This document shows positions 10,036 to 21,217 of a DNA stretch of 44,129 nucleotides, piece after piece; the first letter of the stretch is position 1; each line of letters opens with the position of its first letter. Location of the stretch: assembly GCA_033720975.1 (NCBI GenBank), contig JAWWBL010000003.1, forward strand, positions 1 through 44,129, in the 5' to 3' direction. The notes beneath the pieces are model-generated. The model saw nothing but the letters and a program-made list of their open reading frames with translations, did no database searches and had not been told where the DNA came from. Source of the DNA: Acidimicrobiia bacterium (GTDB taxonomy: Bacteria > Actinomycetota > Acidimicrobiia > Spongiisociales > ZC4RG35). Position numbers and translations under genes: made by a program.

Positions 10036-11349
10036 GTGATCGAGAGATACACGCTTCCGGAGATGGCCTCCGTGTGGTCGCCCCAGGCAAGGCTCGAGAC
10101 GCTCAAGCGGGTCGAGGTCCTTGCTCTCGAAGCCTGGGAGTCGTTGGGCAAGGTCCCCCAAGGTGTGGCCCAAGCAGTCGCCGATGCGCCATGCCCCACC
10201 CCGGCGGCGGTGGCCGAACGGGAAGCAGTCACCAACCATGACCTCGCCGCCTTCGTCGATCTACTTGGAGAAGCGGCAGGTGAAGCGGCCGCGGGATGGG
10301 TTCACTACGGGCTGACTTCGTCCGACGTTCTGGACACCGCCACCGGTGTACAACTCAGCCGGTCAGCGGAACTCCTGCTGGAGGCCCTACGAACCCTGGA
10401 AGAGGTTGTGAGACGGCGGGCCTTCGAGCATCGGGACAGCTACATGATCGGCCGCACCCATGGGATCTGGGCCGAGCCCACGACGTTCGGTATCAAGCTG
10501 GCCGGCTGGGCCTTTGAGTTGGCCCGGTCCCACGATCGGATGGAAAGTGCCCACTCGGAGATAGCCGTCGGCAAGATTTCTGGCGCGGTAGGAACCTACG
10601 CACATGTGCCGCCGGAGGTCGAACGTCACGTGTGTGCCGAGCTCGGCCTGTCGATCGAGCCTGCCTCCACACAGGTAACGGCCCGGGACAGACACGCTCG
10701 GTACCTGACGACCCTCGCCCTGGTCGGTGCCTCGATCGAGCGGATGGCCACCGAGATTCGTCATCTGCAAAGGTCTGAGGTGGGAGAGGCTCGCGAGGGG
10801 TTTGGCGGGGGGCAGAAAGGGTCATCGGCGATGCCCCACAAGCGGAATCCGATCCTCTCCGAGCGGATGACCGGGCTGGCCAGGCTGCTGCGGGGCTACG
10901 CCCAGGTGGGCTTGGAGAATGTGGCCCTCTGGCATGAGCGGGACATCTCCCACTCGTCTGCCGAGCGTGTGGCGCTGCCGGACGCCTCGACGGTCCTCCA
11001 CTACATGCTTGTGAAGTTCGCCTCCCTGGTGGATGGCCTGGTGGTCGACCTGGAGAGGATGGCCTCCAATCTGGAGGCGACCAACGGCCTCGTGTTCAGC
11101 CAGGCCGTCTTGTTGGCGCTCGTTGAGGAGGGCCTCACTCGGGACGAGGCCTACCGGCTGGTGCAGCGCAACGCCATGGAGGCGTGGGACGGCAAGGGCC
11201 ACCTCAGGGATCTGCTGGCCGATGACCGGGAGATATCCCTATCGGACGCCGCTCTCGAGTCGTGCTTCTCGCTCGAGCGCGTCTCGGAAGCCGCTTCGGT
11301 GGTGTTCGAAAGGCTGAGAGAGGCGGGCCTGCCTCAGCCGAGGGCGTAG
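10036..11349 (+). CDS. purB: Adenylosuccinate lyase
   Basis: Start VIERYTLPEM. Motifs HYGLTSSD, GRTHG, GSSAMPHKRNP, WHERDISHSSAER. Confidence 0.97.
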   Translation: MIERYTLPEMASVWSPQARLETLKRVEVLALEAWESLGKVPQGVAQAVADAPCPTPAAVAEREAVTNHDLAAFVDLLGEAAGEAAAGWVHYGLTSSDVLDTATGVQLSRSAELLLEALRTLEEVVRRRAFEHRDSYMIGRTHGIWAEPTTFGIKLAGWAFELARSHDRMESAHSEIAVGKISGAVGTYAHVPPEVERHVCAELGLSIEPASTQVTARDRHARYLTTLALVGASIERMATEIRHLQRSEVGEAREGFGGGQKGSSAMPHKRNPILSERMTGLARLLRGYAQVGLENVALWHERDISHSSAERVALPDASTVLHYMLVKFASLVDGLVVDLERMASNLEATNGLVFSQAVLLALVEEGLTRDEAYRLVQRNAMEAWDGKGHLRDLLADDREISLSDAALESCFSLERVSEAASVVFERLREAGLPQPRA

Positions 11350-12464
11350 ACAGACTCGAGCTGATCTCGGAAGTAACGCGTCGGCAGCAGGACGGCCGCG
11401 CCTGCCGGCGTCCGGTAGTTGCGCACGGAGATCACAAAACTGCTCACCGACGACTTGGAGATGCCCCGATACCGCCAGGCGGTCGAGAGCGCCTGGCCAA
11501 ACGTCCAGCCCGAGTCGAGCCGAACCGAGCGGGCCACCGCCTGCAACCGTTCGGTGAGAGCGCCAGGAGATGGAAAGGCGGCAGCCTTGCCCGCAAGCTG
11601 GAACAACACGTCTCGTTGGCGGGCCTGACGGGTGAAATCGGAACCGCCCACGAGCTTCCACTCCCCGTCGATCAGATGCTCTGCCTTCCTCGATCGGACC
11701 CAGGCGAGAGTCATCTCACCATCGGCGGCGTGGCAACCCGCTTCCTCGATGTTGAGTTCTGAGGCAACGTCTCTGGTCGGATAGCTGACACAGACCGTCG
11801 TTCCGCCGAGGGCGTCAACGACTGCCTCGAAACCTTTGAAGTCGACGATCGCCAGGTGATCCACCTTGATACCGGTGAAGTCCTGAACCAGGATCGCCAT
11901 CATCTCGGGGCCCGAGGCCACCCCCGAGCATCCTCCCAAACCCGCGTTCAGCCGCGTGAATGTCCCCTTACAGACGTTCCACACATAGAGATCCCGGGGA
12001 AGGCTGACCATTATCGGGTTACCGCCGGCGGTGGGCTGAAGGCCGAGGATTACTGCGTCCGCCCGGTACCCGGACAAATCGGTTCCGATCATCAAATACG
12101 CGTCGAACACGTCGTCGGGAACCGGAGAGGGAAACGAATACGGGCTGAATTCGACCGGATCGAAAGGCTCGTACAGGTCGAATATCTCTGCCAACGCCTC
12201 GGCTTCGGCGTCCAGGTCGGGGGCCTGGTACACCCCGGGCGGGAGTGGTTCGAAATTGTCGGGCTCGACGAAGGTGACCTCGGACGGCGTCTCTCCAGAA
12301 AGAGCACCACGGGCCCTTTCGATGTCGAACTCCTCCACCGCAACCTCGTTGAAGGTCTGACTCAGTTGGAACGCGTAGAAAGCCGAAAAGCCGAGAACGA
12401 TCCCGAGTACGGCGGCCACTCCTGCCTTTACTGGCTTGAGGACGATGAACTCGAGGATCGACAA
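11334..12464 (-). CDS. LytR-CpsA-Psr (LCP) family cell-envelope protein
   Basis: N-terminal TM followed by RADA, SLPRDL, RLNAG, WVRSR and DFTRQARQR. Start codon uncertain. Confidence 0.9.
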   Translation of the reverse strand: MSILEFIVLKPVKAGVAAVLGIVLGFSAFYAFQLSQTFNEVAVEEFDIERARGALSGETPSEVTFVEPDNFEPLPPGVYQAPDLDAEAEALAEIFDLYEPFDPVEFSPYSFPSPVPDDVFDAYLMIGTDLSGYRADAVILGLQPTAGGNPIMVSLPRDLYVWNVCKGTFTRLNAGLGGCSGVASGPEMMAILVQDFTGIKVDHLAIVDFKGFEAVVDALGGTTVCVSYPTRDVASELNIEEAGCHAADGEMTLAWVRSRKAEHLIDGEWKLVGGSDFTRQARQRDVLFQLAGKAAAFPSPGALTERLQAVARSVRLDSGWTFGQALSTAWRYRGISKSSVSSFVISVRNYRTPAGAAVLLPTRYFRDQLESVYALG

Positions 12465-12542
12465 AGCGGGTCGATGGTAGAGGGACGCCGAGTCGTACCC
12501 AGGTTCACAGATCCCGCCCGGGGCTAGCTACCCTCCCGCCGC

Positions 12543-13424
12543 GTGCTGGCACTACCTCATGTCGGATCGGGAAAGGTCAGGGAGATCTATGAGGTTGACG
12601 CAGACCGTCTTCTGTTCGTGGCCACCGATCGCATCTCTGCCTACGACGTCGTCCTCGACGATCCGATCCCGGGCAAGGGCAGAGTGCTCACGGGAGTGAG
12701 CCTCCACTTCTTCGATCTGCTCGACACCGCGAACCACCTCGTGTCCACGGATCTGACCGAGATCAGCGGCCTAACCGACACTGACTTCGAATACCTGGAA
12801 GGGAGGGCGATGGTGGTGCGAAGGGCGGAAGTGGTCCCCGTCGAGTGTGTCGTCCGCGGCTACCTCTACGGGTCCTCCTGGCGTGAGTACGAAGCCGGGG
12901 GTGGGCCTACCACCGAGCACTTGCCTCCCGGGTTGCGCAAGGCTGACAAGCTCCCGGATCCGATCTTCACACCGGCTACCAAGGCAGCGACCGGTCACGA
13001 TGAGAACATCACCGAGACCGAGACCAGGGAGCTGCTCGGTGACAGCCTGTTCAACGAGCTGAAGGCCCGCTCGCTCGACATCTACATGCGCGCATCCGAC
13101 TACGCCGCTGAGCGTGGCGTGATCCTCGCCGACACCAAGTTCGAGTTCGGGTTTGCGGACGGAGAGCTGCTTCTGGTCGACGAGGTTCTCACCCCGGACT
13201 CGTCGCGCTACTGGCCGGCTGACCAATGGGAGCCGGGTGCCGCCGTGCCGTCTTTCGACAAACAGTTCGTCAGAGACTGGCTGGAGACCCAACCGTGGGA
13301 CAAGACATCACCTGCCCCGCCGCTTCCGAAGGACATCATCGAAGGAACCCGAGCCCGTTACGTCGAAGCGTTCGAGAAGATCACCGGTCGCAGCTTCAGG
13401 GACTACCCCGGGAGCGGCAATTGA
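12543..13424 (+). CDS. purC: SAICAR synthetase
   Basis: SGKVREIY, TDRISAYD, ECVVRGY, ADTKFEFG, DEVLTPDSSR, SFDKQFVRDWL. Confidence 0.97.
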   Translation: MLALPHVGSGKVREIYEVDADRLLFVATDRISAYDVVLDDPIPGKGRVLTGVSLHFFDLLDTANHLVSTDLTEISGLTDTDFEYLEGRAMVVRRAEVVPVECVVRGYLYGSSWREYEAGGGPTTEHLPPGLRKADKLPDPIFTPATKAATGHDENITETETRELLGDSLFNELKARSLDIYMRASDYAAERGVILADTKFEFGFADGELLLVDEVLTPDSSRYWPADQWEPGAAVPSFDKQFVRDWLETQPWDKTSPAPPLPKDIIEGTRARYVEAFEKITGRSFRDYPGSGN

Positions 13425-13663
13425 AGGTGACGGTGACCATCAACCGTCGGCCCGAGATCGCCGACCCCGAGGGAACCACCGTCCGTCGCGCTCTGGAGGA
13501 GCTCGGCTTCGAGCAAGTGACCAGCGTCCGGATGGATCGCGTCATCCACATGGAGGTCGCCGGGGAGGACCGCGACGAGATCCAGGCCCAAGTCACCAAG
13601 ATGTGCGAGCAGCTGTTGGCAAACCCCGTGCTCGAGGATTTCGAGATCGAGGTGGGCGGATGA
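13421..13663 (+). CDS. purS: FGAM synthase subunit PurS
   Basis: DPEG..V..AL and LLANPVLED. TTG start overlaps the purC stop (TTGA). Confidence 0.93.
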   Translation: MKVTVTINRRPEIADPEGTTVRRALEELGFEQVTSVRMDRVIHMEVAGEDRDEIQAQVTKMCEQLLANPVLEDFEIEVGG

Positions 13664-14304
13664 GAACTGCCGTAGTGGTTTTCCCGGGGACCAACTGTGA
13701 GCACGACGTCGTCCATGCCCTCGAGTCGTTGGGCGGCGAGGCGGACCTCGTCTGGCACCGGGAGTCCAATCTCACCGATTTCGACGGTGCCGTCCTGCCG
13801 GGCGGCTTCGCCCACGGCGACTATCTCAGGACCGGCGCGATTGCCCGCTTCTCCCCGGTCATGACCGAGATCTCTCGGATGGCAGCAGAGGGCGCTCCAG
13901 TCCTTGGCATCTGCAACGGCTTTCAGATCCTCTGTGAGGCCGGCTTACTGGCCGGAGCATTCATCGCCAACCGCGACCTCTCATTCATCTGCAGCTACGT
14001 CGAACTCGAGGTGACCGACGCAGCCACCGTCCTCACTCGCGGTCTGGAGGTGGGTTCCAGGCTCAGGATCCCACTCAACTCATATGAAGGCAGCTGGGTG
14101 GACCCAACACGCTCGGGACGCATCGCTCTCAGATATGTCGATGACCCCAACGGCTCACAGGACCAGGCAGCGGCGGTCGCCAACATGGAAGGCAACGTCG
14201 CGGGGATCATGCCCCATCCCGAACGTGCAGTAGATGAGCTGCTCGGATCCACCGACGGGAATCTGGTTCTGGAAAGCTTCCTCGAGTCGCTAGTAGCTGC
14301 ATGA
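13660..14304 (+). CDS. purQ: FGAM synthase glutaminase subunit PurQ
   Basis: [37 protein letters not shown] overlap with purS. Confidence 0.96.
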   Translation: MRTAVVVFPGTNCEHDVVHALESLGGEADLVWHRESNLTDFDGAVLPGGFAHGDYLRTGAIARFSPVMTEISRMAAEGAPVLGICNGFQILCEAGLLAGAFIANRDLSFICSYVELEVTDAATVLTRGLEVGSRLRIPLNSYEGSWVDPTRSGRIALRYVDDPNGSQDQAAAVANMEGNVAGIMPHPERAVDELLGSTDGNLVLESFLESLVAA

Positions 14305-16457
14305 CCATCGAGAGAGAGGCGGTCCATCGGCAACTCGGGATGACGGACACCGAGTACCAGTCGGTGATCGACATTCTTGGCCGAGAGCCGAGGGATGCCG
14401 AACTGGCGATGTACTCGGTCATGTGGTCCGAGCACTGCTCGTACAAGTCCTCCCGGGCACACCTCGGCCGGTTCCCCACGGAAGCGCCCTGGGTCGTGGT
14501 GGGACCTGGCGAGAACGCCGGAGTGGTCGACATCGGCGATGGCTGGCTGGCCGCAATTCGAATCGAAAGCCACAACCATCCGTCGTTCGTTGAGCCCTAT
14601 CAAGGAGCAGCAACCGGAGTCGGTGGGATTCTCCGCGACGTGTTCACCATGGGTGCCCGGCCAATCGGTCTCTGGAACCAGATCAGGTTTGGCCCCCTCG
14701 ACCAGCCAAGGAACAGATACCTGTTCAAGGGCGTGGTCGCCGGGATTGCCGGCTACGGGAACGCCGTGGGTGTTCCCACTGTGGGAGGGGAGGTGGAGTT
14801 CGACCCGACCTACGACGCCAATCCCCTGGTCAACGTCATGTGCTTGGGAATCCTGCACCGGGACCAACTCGTGCTGGGAACGGCAGGAGAACCGGGCTCG
14901 CTGGCGATACTCCTGGGCAGGGCAACCGGACGGGATGGGATCGGAGGAGCGTCCGTGCTGGCATCGGCTTCCTTCGAGGATGAGTCCCAGGACAAGCGCC
15001 CCAGCGTCCAGGTTGGCGACCCGTTCGAGGAGAAGAAGCTCATAGAGGCGTGCCTCGAGTTGTACGAACGCGGGCTGGTCGTCGGAGTCCAAGACCTCGG
15101 CGCGGCCGGGCTCTCGTGCGCCGTCTCGGAGCCGGCGGGACGAGCCGGAGTGGGAATGGATGTCGATCTCAATGCGGTCCACACACGAGAGGCCGAGATG
15201 ACCCCACCCGAGCTGCTCATGTCCGAGTCACAGGAGCGAATGATGGCGTTCGTCGCCCCGGACAAAGTCGAGGAAGTCATAGCCGTAGCCGACAGATGGG
15301 AGATCGACTCCGCCGTGGTTGGGAAAGTCAAACAAGGCTCCACTCTGACCGTCCAGCACAATGGCACCACGGTGGCGGAGATACCGGCCGCGTCACTCGC
15401 CGACGACGCACCCGTCTACGACCGCCCCGCCATCCGACCATCTTGGCTGGATGATGTGCGGCGACGCCCCGAGCCGGAGGTGGATGACCCATCCCGCGCT
15501 CTGCTCGATCTCCTAGGTGATCCCGGCATCGGCTCGTCTGCCTGGGTTCACACCCAGTACGACCACATGCTGTTCCTCAACACGGTGATCGGCCCCGGGT
15601 CGGATGCGTCGCTACTGCGTGTAAAGGGAACCAACAAGGGTCTCGCCGTGTCCACCGATGGCAACGGCCGGCTCTGTTACTTGGATCCCCGCATCGGAGG
15701 CGAAAGGCTCGTATATGAGGCCGCCCTCAACGTGGCGGTCACTGGCGCCCGACCCCTGGCAGTCGTCGACAACCTCAACTTCGGCAGTCCCGAGAGCCCG
15801 GAAGTGATGTGGCAGTTCAGGGAGACCATTGAAGGGATATCACGGGCGTGCGAGTCACTTGGTGTCCCGGTTGTAGGGGGAAATGTCTCCTTCTACAACG
15901 CTACCGACGAGGTGGATATCCATCCCACCCCCGTGGTGGGACTTCTAGGCCTCGCCGATCCCATGCCTGAGAGCCCACCGCGTCTCCGCCGCGCAGAACC
16001 GGGAATGGAGGTCTGGGAGGTAGGGCCGACCGCGTCTGGATCACTGGCCGGCTCGGCGCTTCAGCGGGTTCTCGGAATGGATCCCGGTGGGATCCCAGCC
16101 GCACCCCAACCAGAGATGGCGACCCGCGTAATCGAGTTGGCCGTCGCTCTGGCACACGACGTCCCGGTGCTCCACGACGTATCGGACGGCGGACTCGCGG
16201 TGGCACTGGCCGAGATCTGCATTGCGTCTTCTCTTGGCGCTCGGATCGATCAGGACGTAGATCTCTTCAGCGAGGACCCGCACAGATTCATCGCCGTTTT
16301 CGAAACGGGGGCTATCCCGCTTCCAGACGACCTGGCGCGCAGGGTCGGCATGATCGCTGGAGACGAGATCATCTTGGGGCCCGACGTGACACCCATCCCG
16401 GTGGCAGAAGCCGCAGACGTTTGGCACAACGCCATCCCTCGGGCCCTCGGTCTCTGA
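14301..16457 (+). CDS. purL: FGAM synthase subunit PurL (small type)
   Basis: [51 protein letters not shown]. Confidence 0.98.
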   Translation: MTIEREAVHRQLGMTDTEYQSVIDILGREPRDAELAMYSVMWSEHCSYKSSRAHLGRFPTEAPWVVVGPGENAGVVDIGDGWLAAIRIESHNHPSFVEPYQGAATGVGGILRDVFTMGARPIGLWNQIRFGPLDQPRNRYLFKGVVAGIAGYGNAVGVPTVGGEVEFDPTYDANPLVNVMCLGILHRDQLVLGTAGEPGSLAILLGRATGRDGIGGASVLASASFEDESQDKRPSVQVGDPFEEKKLIEACLELYERGLVVGVQDLGAAGLSCAVSEPAGRAGVGMDVDLNAVHTREAEMTPPELLMSESQERMMAFVAPDKVEEVIAVADRWEIDSAVVGKVKQGSTLTVQHNGTTVAEIPAASLADDAPVYDRPAIRPSWLDDVRRRPEPEVDDPSRALLDLLGDPGIGSSAWVHTQYDHMLFLNTVIGPGSDASLLRVKGTNKGLAVSTDGNGRLCYLDPRIGGERLVYEAALNVAVTGARPLAVVDNLNFGSPESPEVMWQFRETIEGISRACESLGVPVVGGNVSFYNATDEVDIHPTPVVGLLGLADPMPESPPRLRRAEPGMEVWEVGPTASGSLAGSALQRVLGMDPGGIPAAPQPEMATRVIELAVALAHDVPVLHDVSDGGLAVALAEICIASSLGARIDQDVDLFSEDPHRFIAVFETGAIPLPDDLARRVGMIAGDEIILGPDVTPIPVAEAADVWHNAIPRALGL

Positions 16458-16477
16458 GTGACGGATACGATCGGGAC

Positions 16478-17599
16478 ATGGCCCGGAGAATCGGAATCCT
16501 CACTGCCGGAGGCGACAGCCCAGGGCTGAACGCCGCGATACGGGCCGTTGGCAAGTCGGCTCAGCGAGCCTACGGCATGGAGGTCATTGGCTTTCTCGAT
16601 GGCTTCGTGGGCTTGATGCAGAACCGTTACGTCAAGCTGGAGTCTGACGACCTCTCCGGAATCCTCATCCGCGGCGGAACGATTCTCGGGACCAGCCGGG
16701 CCAAGGTGCATCGGATGGACATGGGCGACGGGGCCGAGCGAGACATGCGCCAGCTGATGAGGGAAGTTGTCGAACAGCACGAGCTCGAAGCTCTCGTGTG
16801 CCTAGGCGGTGACGGCACCACACGCAATGCCCTCCGTCTCTCGCGGGTCGGCGTCCCGGTTCTCACCTTGCCCAAGACCATCGACAACGACGTTGCCGGA
16901 ACCGATGTCACGTTCGGCTTCGATACGGCGATGAGTATCGCCACCGAGGCTATCGACCGTCTCCATTCGACTGCCCACAGCCACCATCGGATCATGGTCG
17001 TGGAGATCATGGGACACACGGTCGGCTGGCTGGCTCTCGGGGCGGGTATAGCGGCCGGGGCCGACGTGATCCTCATCCCGGAGATCCCCTACGACGTCGA
17101 CGCAGTCGCCTCGTCGATATCGGCCAGGAAAGCCGCGGGAAGCTCTTTCTCGATCATGGCTGTGGCCGAGGGCGCGATCTCGGCTCCGGACGCGGCGCGA
17201 AGAGACGAGCTGATCGAAAGACGCGACCGGGCCAAAGGGGAGGAGAAGAGGGCTCTCAAGAAGCAGATCAAACAACTCGACTCGCATCGCGTGGGTGGAA
17301 CCGCTTCGCTGGCCAAACGCCTCTCGGAGATGACCGGGCTGGAGTCGCGGATCACGATCCTCGGTCACGTCCAAAGGGGAGGAACCCCGACGGCGACTGA
17401 CCGGCTGCTGGCCACACGGTTGGGCATAGCCTGCGTCGACTACATAAACGAGGGGATTCACGGTGTGATGGTAGCGGCGCGCGGAGACACCACAGCCCCG
17501 GTCCCACTCGAGGAAGCGGCAGGAAGGATCAAGGCTGTTCCCCTCGATCACCCGTGGATAACGGTCGCCCGGCACTTGGGCGTCTCGCTGGGCGAGTGA
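16478..17599 (+). CDS. pfkA: 6-phosphofructokinase
   Basis: [38 protein letters not shown] lies 6 nt after TACGAT. Confidence 0.93.
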   Translation: MARRIGILTAGGDSPGLNAAIRAVGKSAQRAYGMEVIGFLDGFVGLMQNRYVKLESDDLSGILIRGGTILGTSRAKVHRMDMGDGAERDMRQLMREVVEQHELEALVCLGGDGTTRNALRLSRVGVPVLTLPKTIDNDVAGTDVTFGFDTAMSIATEAIDRLHSTAHSHHRIMVVEIMGHTVGWLALGAGIAAGADVILIPEIPYDVDAVASSISARKAAGSSFSIMAVAEGAISAPDAARRDELIERRDRAKGEEKRALKKQIKQLDSHRVGGTASLAKRLSEMTGLESRITILGHVQRGGTPTATDRLLATRLGIACVDYINEGIHGVMVAARGDTTAPVPLEEAAGRIKAVPLDHPWITVARHLGVSLGE

Positions 17600-19917
17600 G
17601 CACGCCACAGCGCATCACCTGCATTGGCGGAGGCCCGGCCGGTCTCTATCTGGCCATTCTCCTCAAAAAGGAGCGCCCGGACTTCGACGTCACGGTTTAC
17701 GAGAGGAACACGCCGGCCGACGCGTTCGGCTTCGGTGTCGTGTTCTCAGATGAGACTTTGGAGCACTTCGAAGAGGCCGATCCACCCTCCTACCGTTCGC
17801 TAGCCGAATCGTTCAAGTACTGGGGGGACATCGAGGTCCGCCACTTCTCGGGCCACTCCTTCCGTTCTGGCGGTCACGGGTTCGCCGCGGCAAGCCGTCG
17901 TCGCCTTCTCGAGATACTGGCGGACCGCGCCGCCGACCTGGGTGCCGTCCTCAAGTTCTCCTCCGAGGTCCCTGACCTCGACTCTGTCCCGGATTCGGAC
18001 CTGGTCGTGGGCGCCGACGGTGCCAATTCGATGGTTCGTTCGGCGCTGTTCGAACACCTGGGGCCAACGGTCGACTGGCGCACCAACAAGTACGCCTGGT
18101 TCGGCACCCCAAAGGTCTATGAGAGATTCCACTTCATCTTCGAAGACACCCCGGCCGGGATGGTCTGGGCCCACATATACCCTTACTCTGACGAAGGCAG
18201 CACGTTCATCGTCGAGATGGCTCCAGAGACCTGGCGCGGCCTCGGCTTCGATCTGACTGAAGCCAACACGTTCCCACCCGGCGTTAGCGACGAGCACGCG
18301 ATCGCTCGGTGCGAAGAGTTGTTCGCCTCCCACCTCGAGGGAGCCGGCCTGGTTGGGAACAACTCGAAGTGGCTCCAGTTCCCCACCATCACCTGTGAAA
18401 GCTGGCACCAGGACAACGTCGTCCTCATGGGGGACGCGGCCCACACGGCGCACTTCTCAGTCGGGTCCGGCACCAAGCTGGCGATGGAGGATGCCATCTC
18501 CCTGGCCAGATTGCTCTTGGAGGGTGGGGAGCTTCCAGAGGTGCTGAATAATTACGAACGGGAGCGGAGACCGGCCGTCGCAAGCCTCCAGCGGGCGGCG
18601 AAAGCAAGCCTCGAGTGGTTCGAGGGAGCGGATCGCTACCGGACCATGGAGCCGGAGCAGTTCGTGTTCAGCCTCCTGACCCGTAGCCAGAGAGTCACCT
18701 ACGACAACCTTCGACTTCGGGATCCGGAATACATGACGAGTGTGGACGCGTGGTACGCCTCCAGCGATCACGGCTCTCCCGCCGAGCCCGACTCTTCCAT
18801 CCCCCCGATGTTCCACCCGTTTCAGGTTCGTGACCTCGTCCTGGCGAACAGGGTCGTCGTGTCCCCAATGGACCAGTACTCGGCCATAGAGGGGATGCCA
18901 ACGGAGTGGCACCTGGTCCACCTGGGGAGCAGGGCAGTGGGCGGAGCCGGACTGGTCATGACAGAAATGACCTGTGTCTCGCCGGAAGGACGTATCAGCC
19001 CAGGATGCACGGGGATATGGACCGAGGATCAGGCGCGCCAGTGGGAAAGGACGGTCGAGTTCATCCACACGAACACAGAGGCAAAGATCGGCCTACAACT
19101 CGGCCATTCCGGGCGGAAGGGCTCGACCAAGCTGATGTGGGAAGGCGACAACGACCCTCTCGACGCAGGGAACTGGGAGATCATCTCGCCTTCTCCAATC
19201 CGCTATCAACCCGGAAATCAGGTCCCACGGGAGATGACCCGGGAGGACATGGGCCGCGTCCTGGACGAGTTCGTCCGTTCCGCCCGACTCGGGTCTGCGG
19301 CCGGCTTCGACATGCTCGAGCTTCACATGGCCCACGGGTATCTCCTTTCGAGCTTTCTCACGCCGCTCGCAAACCAGCGGTCCGACGAGTACGGCGGATC
19401 CCTGCAGAACCGGATGCGGTATCCCCTCGAAGTGTTCGAAGCAGTCAGGGAGGTCTGGCCCGAAGACAGCCCGATGTCGGTCCGAATCTCCGCGACGGAT
19501 TGGGTTCCCGGGGGGTTCGAGGGGGACGACGCGGTGGCGTTCGCATTCGAACTGAAGAAGCGGGGCTGCGACCTCATCGACGTCTCGACAGGGCAGACAA
19601 CGATTTATGCCGATCCCGAATATGGGAGGCTGTACCAGACCCCGTTCTCGGACCGGATCCGCAACGAGGTCGGCATCCCCACCATGACAGTGGGAGCGGT
19701 GTCTTCAATCGACGACGTGCACAACATCCTGGTGGCCGGTCGGGCCGACCTGTGCCTGCTCGCCCGGCCGCACCTGGTCGACCCTTATTGGACGATGAAC
19801 GCCGCTATCGACCTGGGATACGAGGGCCACGCCTTTCCCAACCAATACCTCTCCGGGCTGGGGGCTCGGAGGCGTGAGCAGGACCCGATACCGCCCGACG
19901 TCTTTCGAGGCAGATGA
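17596..19917 (+). CDS. Bifunctional anthraniloyl-/salicylyl-CoA monooxygenase-reductase (FAD monooxygenase + OYE-type domain)
   Basis: N-terminal [16 protein letters not shown] and [22 protein letters not shown]-terminal [32 protein letters not shown] and [10 protein letters not shown]. Confidence 0.9.
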   Translation: MSTPQRITCIGGGPAGLYLAILLKKERPDFDVTVYERNTPADAFGFGVVFSDETLEHFEEADPPSYRSLAESFKYWGDIEVRHFSGHSFRSGGHGFAAASRRRLLEILADRAADLGAVLKFSSEVPDLDSVPDSDLVVGADGANSMVRSALFEHLGPTVDWRTNKYAWFGTPKVYERFHFIFEDTPAGMVWAHIYPYSDEGSTFIVEMAPETWRGLGFDLTEANTFPPGVSDEHAIARCEELFASHLEGAGLVGNNSKWLQFPTITCESWHQDNVVLMGDAAHTAHFSVGSGTKLAMEDAISLARLLLEGGELPEVLNNYERERRPAVASLQRAAKASLEWFEGADRYRTMEPEQFVFSLLTRSQRVTYDNLRLRDPEYMTSVDAWYASSDHGSPAEPDSSIPPMFHPFQVRDLVLANRVVVSPMDQYSAIEGMPTEWHLVHLGSRAVGGAGLVMTEMTCVSPEGRISPGCTGIWTEDQARQWERTVEFIHTNTEAKIGLQLGHSGRKGSTKLMWEGDNDPLDAGNWEIISPSPIRYQPGNQVPREMTREDMGRVLDEFVRSARLGSAAGFDMLELHMAHGYLLSSFLTPLANQRSDEYGGSLQNRMRYPLEVFEAVREVWPEDSPMSVRISATDWVPGGFEGDDAVAFAFELKKRGCDLIDVSTGQTTIYADPEYGRLYQTPFSDRIRNEVGIPTMTVGAVSSIDDVHNILVAGRADLCLLARPHLVDPYWTMNAAIDLGYEGHAFPNQYLSGLGARRREQDPIPPDVFRGR

Positions 19918-19939
19918 CCGCAGGCCTACGCTGGCCGAC

Positions 19940-20509
19940 GTGACATCACTTGGGGCAATATTGAACGGGGGCAAGAGCTCCCGGATGGGCCAGGACAAGG
20001 CTGACGTTCTGGTTCGAGACTCGACGATGCTGCAGATGGTGGGGTCTGCCTTGAACGCTGCAACCGGCCGAGTCGTGATTCTTGGCCCCCACCGGGACGG
20101 CTGGGAGTGTTGGCCGGACTCGGTTCATGTCGATGGGCCTCTCGCCGGCATCGCCACCGCCCTTTCCCGAACCCCGCGAGACCTGGTGGCCGTGGTAGCA
20201 GTTGATCACCCGTTCGTTCGGGCAGCCACGGTGAGGAGGCTCTTGGACAGAGCAGACGACCTTCCTGTTGTCCCCGTAGACGACCACGGCGTGCGTCAGG
20301 TCACCTGTGCGGTTTATCCCCGGTCGATCGGCGACGCGGCAGTTGAGGAGGCACAGGCTGGCGGCTCCATCCAGAGTCTCATAGACAGGGTGGCTTTCGA
20401 TGCAGTCGTTCCCAGCGAATGGCACGCGTGGGGCGAGGATGGACGGAGTTGGTTCTCCGTGGACAGCGAGACGGCCCTGGCGGAGGGCCTCTCGCTCTTC
20501 TACCCGTGA
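19940..20509 (+). CDS. mobA: Molybdenum cofactor guanylyltransferase-like protein
   Basis: GAILNGGKSSRMGQDKA, GPLAGI, AVDHPF. GTG lies 7 nt after TACGCT. Confidence 0.8.
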   Translation: MTSLGAILNGGKSSRMGQDKADVLVRDSTMLQMVGSALNAATGRVVILGPHRDGWECWPDSVHVDGPLAGIATALSRTPRDLVAVVAVDHPFVRAATVRRLLDRADDLPVVPVDDHGVRQVTCAVYPRSIGDAAVEEAQAGGSIQSLIDRVAFDAVVPSEWHAWGEDGRSWFSVDSETALAEGLSLFYP

Positions 20510-20581
20510 GGCGACTCTGGCTCGGAATGTGTCACGGTCGGTGCTGTTGACGTTGATGAGCGTGTTAGGCGAGGACGAGTC

Positions 20582-21217
20582 ATGAGTGGCCCGCTACGGA
20601 GTCTGGTGTATGTGGGGGATCCGATGTGCTCGTGGTGCTGGGGATTTGCACCCGAGGTCGAAAGTCTCGCCTCCTCGTACCCGGTCGAGGTGATCGTGGG
20701 CGGTCTCCGTCCTGGCCCCATGTCTCAGGAGCTCGACGACCAGATGGCCGGCTTCTTGCGACACCACTGGGTGGAGATCGCCGAGCGGACCGGGCAGCCC
20801 TTCGACACTGCCTTTCTCGACAGGCGTGACGGATGGAGGTACGACACCGAGCCTGCCGCCATCGCCGTCATCGTGATGAGAGGCATGAACGAGGAGCAGA
20901 CGCTGAACTACTTCTCTGCGCTGCAGCGCGCCTTTTATGCCGAAGGTGTCGACGTCACCGACTTCGGTGAACTGGCCCGACTGGCAAAGGGATTCTCGGT
21001 CGACGTCACCGAGTTCGAGGAGAGGCTGCGGACCGAAGAGGCGAAGAAGACAGCCTGGAGCGACTTCTCACAGGCACGCAACTGGGGCATCTCGGGCTTC
21101 CCAACGCTGGTAGGCCGACTCGTCGACGACCGACTCGCCCTCCTGGCCCGTGGCTGGGCTCCACGGGACCTCATCGAAACCAGGATCGAATCTCTCGAAG
21201 ACGTCCTCACAGGTTGA
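20582..21217 (+). CDS. DsbA family thiol-disulfide oxidoreductase
   Basis: YVGDPMCSWCWGF (CxxC), cis-Pro loop GISGFPTL, SD GAGGA upstream. Confidence 0.9.
   Translation: MSGPLRSLVYVGDPMCSWCWGFAPEVESLASSYPVEVIVGGLRPGPMSQELDDQMAGFLRHHWVEIAERTGQPFDTAFLDRRDGWRYDTEPAAIAVIVMRGMNEEQTLNYFSALQRAFYAEGVDVTDFGELARLAKGFSVDVTEFEERLRTEEAKKTAWSDFSQARNWGISGFPTLVGRLVDDRLALLARGWAPRDLIETRIESLEDVLTG
21146..21217 (+). repeat. Left copy of imperfect direct repeat (intact 3' end of dsbA)
   Basis: GCCCGTGGCTGGGCTCC...GGACCTCATCGAAACCAGGATCGA...GGTTGA is repeated at 22784-22854. Confidence 0.85.

Noticed and set aside
13995-15182. 395-aa minus-strand ORF
   Set aside because: Antisense shadow of purQ/purL, typical of high-GC codon bias, with no recognisable motifs.
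19940-20509. Calling this MocA (MCD synthesis) dedicated to the xanthine dehydrogenase
   Set aside because: The N-terminal LNGG...DKA motif is closer to MobA (LAGG) than to MocA (LAAG), and the gene is 11 kb from xdh.
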